DNA from: a virus
Virus record (IMG/VR): IMGVR_UViG_3300036781_000280
Location: 6,859-70,858 of that record
Direction: 5' to 3' (one strand)
Length of the DNA: 64,000 nucleotides
Made by a program: the position numbers and the translations under genes
In this document: piece by piece, positions 58,345 to 64,000 of the stretch
Position numbering within the stretch: position 1 is the first letter of the stretch
Layout of the letters: the number at the start of each line of letters is the position of its first letter
The notes under the pieces: model-generated
What the model saw: the letters and a program-made list of their open reading frames with translations, nothing else
What the model was told of the DNA's origin: nothing
Databases searched by the model: none

Positions 58345-58619
58345 CGCTTCTCAAGTTTTGTGCCGTTTAATTCGATTCGGCTGACACCAAGAAATTCATA
58401 TAGCTCTTGGAATCGCCTGTTTAATTCGGCTGGCCCAAAATTGGTCGATGGCAAGCTGCTCCATTTAACCGGCCCGTTTTCCACCGGTGGAAAGTCTTTT
58501 GGGTCAACGTAAGTATGGGTCATTTCCAACTGCTGCTGAAGCGCGGTGATTTGCCGGGCCTGATTTTCGAGCTTGCGCTCAAGTATTTCAATGAGGTTTC
58601 TGGCGGATTTATCGGTCAT
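58341..58619 (-). CDS. Hypothetical coiled-coil protein
   Basis: Coupled ORF. Confidence 0.55.
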   Translation of the reverse strand: MTDKSARNLIEILERKLENQARQITALQQQLEMTHTYVDPKDFPPVENGPVKWSSLPSTNFGPAELNRRFQELYEFLGVSRIELNGTKLEKR

Positions 58620-58900
58620 AATTTTTCATAAGTTTTAAGTCGGTGAATTGTCTTGCGGAGGTTTTGCTGCAACTGAATCAGAATCGAAGCGCGTTGGGCC
58701 AGATTGGCGGCATCGTAATTTTCAAACCAAAAGGTTTTCATCACGAACGAGCAGCCAATCAGGCTGGCGTGGACTTTGGTTCGGCCACTTGAATCGCGCC
58801 ATGGTATATACACCCAATTCCCAACCTGTGAGTGCTCAGTGTCAAGCACGGTGCAAACCTCAACCTTGAGGTCGCTCCATGCCAGTGGTCTTGTCCTCAT
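58616..58900 (-). CDS. Hypothetical protein
   Basis: Coupled ORF. Confidence 0.5.
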   Translation of the reverse strand: MRTRPLAWSDLKVEVCTVLDTEHSQVGNWVYIPWRDSSGRTKVHASLIGCSFVMKTFWFENYDAANLAQRASILIQLQQNLRKTIHRLKTYEKL

Positions 58901-59072
58901 AGATTTTAGTCCGTGTGCTTTGATTGATGATGGCCAACGTGCCGGGATTCAGCGGCACCTGTGCCAGCGCCGTCATGTCGTCAGGAAATGACAAGGGGTA
59001 AAATCCATCTGCACGGTGAAATGTGTAGATGAATCCGCCGCTGAAGATGTTCTGCGTCAGCTTTGTGCTCAT
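58860..59072 (-). CDS. Hypothetical protein
   Basis: FHRADGFYPL..NPGTL; coupled to the ATPase stop. Confidence 0.55.
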   Translation of the reverse strand: MSTKLTQNIFSGGFIYTFHRADGFYPLSFPDDMTALAQVPLNPGTLAIINQSTRTKIYEDKTTGMERPQG

Positions 59073-60775
59073 TCAGTTGGTTTGAAAACCATCGCTTCTT
59101 CTATTGTAGCAGCCGTCACTTTCGAGCCATTGGCTATAAAGCTGGCAAGCTTCAATAAATTTTTAACGTCACGCCCAGATAGCTTGGGGTGCTTGATGCT
59201 GATTTTTTTGATTTCAGATTCCTCCAACTTAATTCCATTCAGCCGCGCAAGGTTGAACCATATCTTCACCTGATCTTCCGGGGCCGGTGGCGTATAGGTC
59301 ATCTTTGCGATGCAGCGGGAAGCAATCGCATCATCAACCTCGTCTGGCAGATTCGTTGTCATAAACAAAATGCAAGAGGCGTATTCAAGCACACGCAGAA
59401 ACGCGCCAACTATGGCGTTCTGATTGACATCTTGCCCACGCTTGCGGATATAAACATCGGCTTCATCCAGAAGCAGGACGGCGTTCCAACGATTTGCCCG
59501 CTGGAGAATGTTCGATAAGGAAAGCTCCACGGACTCGGCATCAATGCCAAGCTGGGAACACTGAACAGTGTAGAGCGGTCGTTCTTTGAATTCTGCAAAG
59601 ACTTCCGCCGTTGCGGTCTTTCCAGTTCCGGGTGATCCGCACGAAAGGATGTTCATTGACTGCCCTTTTCCGCTCACGATGTCCTGAAAGAAATTCCGCG
59701 AGTGATCGACCAGAAGATTTACCATACGCCAATCGCGTTCAGGCAAAACCAAGTTCTTGGCCACATCTTTATTGTAAGCATATTCAGTCAGGTTGTTGAC
59801 ATGAACCGTAAGGCGCAAATGGCGCTTCAAGTCAAACACCGGCACCGTTGGATGAACTGGAACCAACACATCAGGAAGCTCGGCAGAATCTTCATCAGCT
59901 TCAAGATGCCGCGCCAATTTATCCTCGCTGGGTGAGAAGAATCGCATATTCCACTCATGCCAGCGATATGGGTCGATAGACGCATCCCTGCCGTGACGAT
60001 TATCTTCATCATCGGTTTCGTTCAGCACATCCACAACCACCCGACACGTCACGCCATTGTTGTCTAGCCGAATCGAATTGCTTTCATATTTTTTAGGCTT
60101 GGATTCAAATGATGCGAGGTCATTAAATCCAAGACCTATCGCTAAAAACTGCTTTCCCACCTTTTCGCAGATTTCGTAGAACCGAATGGTTTCTTTTTCA
60201 AGTTTAGCAATTAACTCCGGTGTTTCAGGAACGTAGCCAGCCTTCTCCAGAATCTCTTTGCAGCTCAAAAGAAGAATCTCCTCTTTTAGCAAAGCAATCT
60301 CGGAAGCTTTCCGAACCTCTTTGTGAATGCACACCAACTCAACCTCAACCGCTTCAGGAACGTAACTGCTGCGATCTCGGCTTTCCGGCCTGTATTTCAC
60401 ATCAGTTACCAAATAGCCGCTGTGCGAGTTTCCGCCGTATTCATCGGTATTGAATATGACATGATGATTTAGCCCGGCAACGTAGCGTTCGAGCATCCAA
60501 GCCGCCTGCCGAACCGTTCTGGCGGTTACAGACTCCACCCCATGCTTCGCGGCCTTGAGGTATTTTCGGATGTCGGCAGCAACAACTTTTGTCCCTTTCA
60601 GATTGGACTGTTCGAGAGCTAGAAGGAGGCGCTCACATTCACTTTTGGTCAATGAACTCAGCTCAACTTCCGAATCCTTTGCCTTGTCGTCATAGCCTGT
60701 TTCGTATTCGATGTTGAATGATTTTAACTCATCTTTCAACTCCTCAACTACCGCACCCTTTATTTTTATCAGCAT
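59069..60775 (-). CDS. AAA+ ATPase with large N-terminal extension
   Basis: GSPGTGKTATAE, LLDEADVY, FLRVLEY, TTN..DDAIASR, LSGRDVKN. Confidence 0.88.
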   Translation of the reverse strand: MLIKIKGAVVEELKDELKSFNIEYETGYDDKAKDSEVELSSLTKSECERLLLALEQSNLKGTKVVAADIRKYLKAAKHGVESVTARTVRQAAWMLERYVAGLNHHVIFNTDEYGGNSHSGYLVTDVKYRPESRDRSSYVPEAVEVELVCIHKEVRKASEIALLKEEILLLSCKEILEKAGYVPETPELIAKLEKETIRFYEICEKVGKQFLAIGLGFNDLASFESKPKKYESNSIRLDNNGVTCRVVVDVLNETDDEDNRHGRDASIDPYRWHEWNMRFFSPSEDKLARHLEADEDSAELPDVLVPVHPTVPVFDLKRHLRLTVHVNNLTEYAYNKDVAKNLVLPERDWRMVNLLVDHSRNFFQDIVSGKGQSMNILSCGSPGTGKTATAEVFAEFKERPLYTVQCSQLGIDAESVELSLSNILQRANRWNAVLLLDEADVYIRKRGQDVNQNAIVGAFLRVLEYASCILFMTTNLPDEVDDAIASRCIAKMTYTPPAPEDQVKIWFNLARLNGIKLEESEIKKISIKHPKLSGRDVKNLLKLASFIANGSKVTAATIEEAMVFKPTE

Positions 60776-60779
60776 AATT

Positions 60780-61352
60780 TTAATCCCTTCCAGAGCCGCC
60801 AAGCAGCATACGCTCGCGGCAGTCGTTTAAAGCTTCCTTGAAATTACTTGTCATCTGAGAATCTTCCGTTTCTTTTCCAAACCATCCGCATTGAACCTTA
60901 AAAGCATGATTGCCTTCCCTTTGCTCCGGGCTTGTGAATTTTGCCTCAAGAATCCTAACAACGCGCTGCCCGCGCTGCCATCGCCGAATTTCCTTGTAGG
61001 TAGGCCGGTCTTTCTGATCCGCGAAATCCTCCTCATTCCCACATGGCGTAACTTCACGCCACGCCAATGGAAGTTTTATGTCGCCAACCGCGACCACATC
61101 GTTCTCTACCATTCCAATGACCTCAGGACTACCGATTGATTTCCATTTTCTTAAACATTTGACGCACACATCTGGGTGAATGCGCTCGATCTTGCTTTTA
61201 AGTTTCCAGTAATAATTAAACTGGCCACCACAGAGCGGATGCCCGTCCCAAAGCTCAGGTCTCTCTTTTAACTTTGGCTGACTGATCAGGCTAACAATGT
61301 GAAATTTTGAACTGCTTAATACGGACGCCATCGTTATATCGCCATATTTCAT
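60780..61352 (-). CDS. Hypothetical protein
   Basis: KFH..PLCG..CVKC Zn-like motif; overlaps the next gene region. Confidence 0.6.
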   Translation of the reverse strand: MKYGDITMASVLSSSKFHIVSLISQPKLKERPELWDGHPLCGGQFNYYWKLKSKIERIHPDVCVKCLRKWKSIGSPEVIGMVENDVVAVGDIKLPLAWREVTPCGNEEDFADQKDRPTYKEIRRWQRGQRVVRILEAKFTSPEQREGNHAFKVQCGWFGKETEDSQMTSNFKEALNDCRERMLLGGSGRD

Positions 61353-61666
61353 ATTTTATTTTTAATTCGATATTTCTTGGGTTCAGTCGGTTGCAACAGA
61401 GAACCTTTTCAGATGCTCTGTGCTTGAATCGTCATTTCTTTGGGACGAGTTCGGAGCTTTTGAATCTCTCGGCTCAACCTTAACCAATCGGAAGCCTCTA
61501 CCCCTTGCGCGGGGATGATTCACAGATGGCTGGACGTAGCGCACTGACGCCACCAGCCTCTTTAAGCGCACCGGTTCGATCCATGCGCCGTTGATTGTCA
61601 ATCCGTTTGGTTATCCACCACTGCGGAGCGCAAGTGTTATGCGCCGGGATTGCTCGGTTCAAAGGC

Positions 61667-61702
61667 AAAAATTACCCCAGCCTAGATTGCTCCAGACTGG
61701 GG
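61667..61702 (-). terminator. Intrinsic terminator/attenuator after structured leader
   Basis: Minus strand CCCCAGTCTGGA-GCAA-TCTAGGCTGGGG-TAATTTTT. Confidence 0.7.
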
Positions 61703-61820
61703 ACGATGCCGACATCTGCAAGGGGAACTGCACCACGAGCGCAGAGCCGCGTTAGCGGCTTTTAATGATGTCGGAATCAAAGTGCTGTCGTGCATATTTG
61801 TTCCCCTTGCGAGTAGAACA

Positions 61821-61854
61821 CGACAAATCTGGCACTGATTAACTAAAGTGTCAA
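61821..61854 (-). promoter_or_regulatory. Promoter with 14-bp operator over the -10
   Basis: Minus strand TTGACA-17bp-CAGATT; CGACAAATCTGGCA at 61821-61834. Confidence 0.6.
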
Positions 61855-61885
61855 CCCCTGATTACGGACGCGCGAGAAGAAAGTC

Positions 61886-62119
61886 TCATTTTACAAAATC
61901 TTGAGGGTTTGCCACAACGCGCCATTGCCGCACGCCATCGACGGTGCGATTTTTGAACATGCCTTTTCGCAACACCTGATAAATGGTGCATTGGCAGGCT
62001 GATTTGATTTCCGCTTCGGTTGAAAACGGATTTGCTTTTAAGAAGCGAACCACCTCCCCGCGCGCTTCAGATAGACGGCGATGAATCACAGAGCAGACTC
62101 CGGGAACGTAGTATCTCAT
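61886..62119 (-). CDS. Small hypothetical (winged-helix-like) protein
   Basis: VVRFLKANPFSTEAEIK..; ATG 62119. Confidence 0.5.
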   Translation of the reverse strand: MRYYVPGVCSVIHRRLSEARGEVVRFLKANPFSTEAEIKSACQCTIYQVLRKGMFKNRTVDGVRQWRVVANPQDFVK

Positions 62120-62123
62120 AAAC

Positions 62124-62453
62124 TCACTTATTGCGGATGGCTGCGAGAGCGGCGAGGGCTTCTCCCAGCCCGCATTCAGAGTGCCCACGGAGCTGCAATT
62201 CATCGAGCGCATTCTTCGCCGATTCTTCCAGCTTGGTTAAGGCGTCGTGTTCGTTGACGCATTGGACAATCAGGGCGGCGTTTTCAAATGCCTGCCTTGA
62301 ACCGCCAGCAACATCTTTGAAGCATCCAGCAACCAACTGCTTGCCGTCAGTACTTGCAATGGCTTCTGATTGAGAGTATTTGCTCTGCATTCTTTCGCCA
62401 GCGGCATAGTGATGCCACGGTCTAGCCGTAGCCTTTTCAGTGTTGGTGATCAT
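62124..62453 (-). CDS. Phage protein with T.RPW..NAALI motif
   Basis: ATARPW..ENAALIVQCVNEHDAL; SD AAGGA. Confidence 0.7.
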   Translation of the reverse strand: MITNTEKATARPWHHYAAGERMQSKYSQSEAIASTDGKQLVAGCFKDVAGGSRQAFENAALIVQCVNEHDALTKLEESAKNALDELQLRGHSECGLGEALAALAAIRNK

Positions 62454-62546
62454 ATCATGTATTTCCTTTTCAGTACCACCGATGATTGGTGGCACTGGAA
62501 AAGAGCCGGGCCTGTCTTTGCAGATGTTCAGGCCCGGCCATGCGGG

Positions 62547-62687
62547 TTACTTTCGATTCAGTCCTTTCTCCACGCGCCGGTCGCGGTTGCGTTTGATCTT
62601 GGCCGACAGATTGGCTGTCGCCACCAGACCGTTGACTTTTGCCTGAGCTTTTTCATTCAGGCGGATGATCTCGGTGAGTCCGTGCAT
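62547..62687 (-). CDS. Small basic protein (46 aa)
   Basis: AAAGGA SD then MHGLTEIIRLN...; followed by a GC hairpin. Confidence 0.55.
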   Translation of the reverse strand: MHGLTEIIRLNEKAQAKVNGLVATANLSAKIKRNRDRRVEKGLNRK

Positions 62688-62798
62688 TTTATCCTTTGTT
62701 TTTGTTTACCGTAAAGTGACCACCCGCCCCTCTCGTTTAAACGACCATAGTATGACGGGCGGGTGGTTGGCCCGCGTAAGTGCGGGCCAAAGTTTCAA

Positions 62799-63137
62799 TC
62801 AGACAGCGCCCGGTGAACTGGATTTTTCCGTCAGGTAAAAAACCACCTCGCAATACTTAACCAAGTCAGCCGACTTGTCGCACTTCACAACTTCGTGGGT
62901 TATGCCCGCGAGGTCGGGATCGTGCATTTCGGTGTTGCCGATGTAAACGAAGTAAGCGGCCAAGGCGCGTGTCGCGTGCGCGACTATCTCCGCCTCGCTT
63001 TTCACCTGACCTGAACCGCCCGCGAAGTTGACCGGCACGTCATGCCGAAATTCGGCGGGCAGGAACACGGTTGAAACCGGCTGGCCAGCGTCATCGAATG
63101 TGGCCTTGACACTTCCGATTGGGGTTTTATTCGGCAT
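62799..63137 (-). CDS. Hypothetical protein coupled to the isocyanide synthase
   Basis: Start overlaps the upstream stop by 11 nt. Confidence 0.6.
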   Translation of the reverse strand: MPNKTPIGSVKATFDDAGQPVSTVFLPAEFRHDVPVNFAGGSGQVKSEAEIVAHATRALAAYFVYIGNTEMHDPDLAGITHEVVKCDKSADLVKYCEVVFYLTEKSSSPGAV

Positions 63138-64000
63138 AGTGGTACGCCCTTCCGTTTTGGTTTACCAGCTCCCAGCCAGCGGTAATGGCGTCCTTCTTGT
63201 GAACCGTCGCATAGCTGCCATCCTTGCGGACAAGCAGCGCGCAATGCCAAGGCGAATGCCACGCTTCCGCTCCGGGTATCAACTGGAACGCAAACTTTTT
63301 CAGGTTGGTGGTTTTGTGCATGGAAAGCCGGATGGCCCCGGACAGTTCGCTTTGCACCATCGCGCTGTAAGCCTCGTTTCGGAGCATCATTTTCCGGGCA
63401 AGGCTTTTGGCAGACAGATGCCGCTGGCGCTTGGAAGCGAACGGGCGGTTTTCCAGCTCCTCCTCCATGAAATGGATCATGCCGCGATACAGTGCGGTCA
63501 CATCCGGGTCAGACAAGATGCGGGCCTCAAGCTCAAGTTCAGGGATGCCGAAATGAGCCTCCAGCTTGCGCCGCCCTTCCGATGGCGAAACCGGATAGAA
63601 GTCTTGCAACGACATGATCTGAACAGGCGCTCCGGTGGCGTAATCGGCGGTCAGCTCGGCATACGAGTCCACGGTGGCGTCCTTTTCATCCAGCAGGTCG
63701 CTGAATGCGTGCCCGTCGCTTACGAGCCTGATGTTGACGCCGGGCGAATAGACGGCTTTCACAGCCTCACCAAAACGCCGCCAGTTGTCGAACGATACCA
63801 GCTCCGCCAAGTCCGGCAGGACACCCAGCGTTTTATGGTCGTGGTTGGTGGACTTGAACGGGTAGCCCAGCATCAGGAACTCGATGCGCTGGCCACGGGC
63901 CACAAACGATTGGATTTGCTCCTCGAACAGATCGCGGCCCTGTGCAGACCACAGCGAAATCGGTGAGTCGGGCGGGCGGAATTGTTCAAAGGCATTTACG
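63127..64000 (-). CDS. Isocyanide (isonitrile) synthase, Dit1/PvcA/IsnA family; 5' end beyond the window
   Basis: Frame open to the window edge; IEFLMLGYPFKSTN..KTLGVLPDLAE, VYSPG..I.LVSDGH.FSD, RNEAYS, IRLSMH, SPWH motifs. Confidence 0.9.
   Translation of the reverse strand, partial: VNAFEQFRPPDSPISLWSAQGRDLFEEQIQSFVARGQRIEFLMLGYPFKSTNHDHKTLGVLPDLAELVSFDNWRRFGEAVKAVYSPGVNIRLVSDGHAFSDLLDEKDATVDSYAELTADYATGAPVQIMSLQDFYPVSPSEGRRKLEAHFGIPELELEARILSDPDVTALYRGMIHFMEEELENRPFASKRQRHLSAKSLARKMMLRNEAYSAMVQSELSGAIRLSMHKTTNLKKFAFQLIPGAEAWHSPWHCALLVRKDGSYATVHKKDAITAGWELVNQNGRAYHYAE

Noticed and set aside
61383-61601. 72-aa TTG-start ORF
   Set aside because: No SD or protein motif; the region is better explained as structured non-coding sequence
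63028-63966. 312-aa plus-strand ORF
   Set aside because: Antisense to the clearly conserved isocyanide synthase
1-64000. CRISPR array, integrase/att site, IS element, reverse transcriptase/DGR, DNA or RNA polymerase
   Set aside because: No spaced direct repeats or diagnostic motifs found by eye
1-64000. Stop-codon reassignment
   Set aside because: Long genes are intact in the standard code and all three stops are used; the tRNA is not a suppressor

Overview
The whole window reads as a tailed dsDNA phage genome segment (podovirus-like organisation). No host housekeeping genes, integrase or att site are visible, and both ends are cut mid-gene. Left to right: a signal-peptide lytic transglycosylase; a replication module (leader, HNH, initiator with internal inverted repeats, DnaB, 5'-3' exonuclease); three ejection/internal virion proteins, including a 2991-aa polyvalent protein; a structured RNA candidate plus tRNA-Gly(TCC); an ~8 kb methyltransferase/glycosyltransferase/DHH cluster interrupted by two look-alike HNH cassettes; an inverted terminase large subunit; portal, scaffold, capsid, adaptor, adhesin and nozzle genes; a block of secreted/membrane proteins; and a leftward early region (RusA-like, RecE-like, AAA_24/Sak4-like, adenine MTase, Cro/CI-like HTH, AAA+ ATPase) ending in a Dit1/PvcA-family isocyanide synthase truncated by the window edge. 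Protein motifs (an STNL..W..FF C-terminal module, a P-domain adhesin) suggest a Verrucomicrobiota host (inference). Most notable: the apparently phage-borne isocyanide synthase; twin operator/micro-peptide/dual-frame HNH cassettes; a five-site 14-bp palindromic operator; structured RNA candidates; the glyco-modification cluster; and signal-peptide-bearing late proteins. All calls come from motif recognition by eye; no database searches were run.
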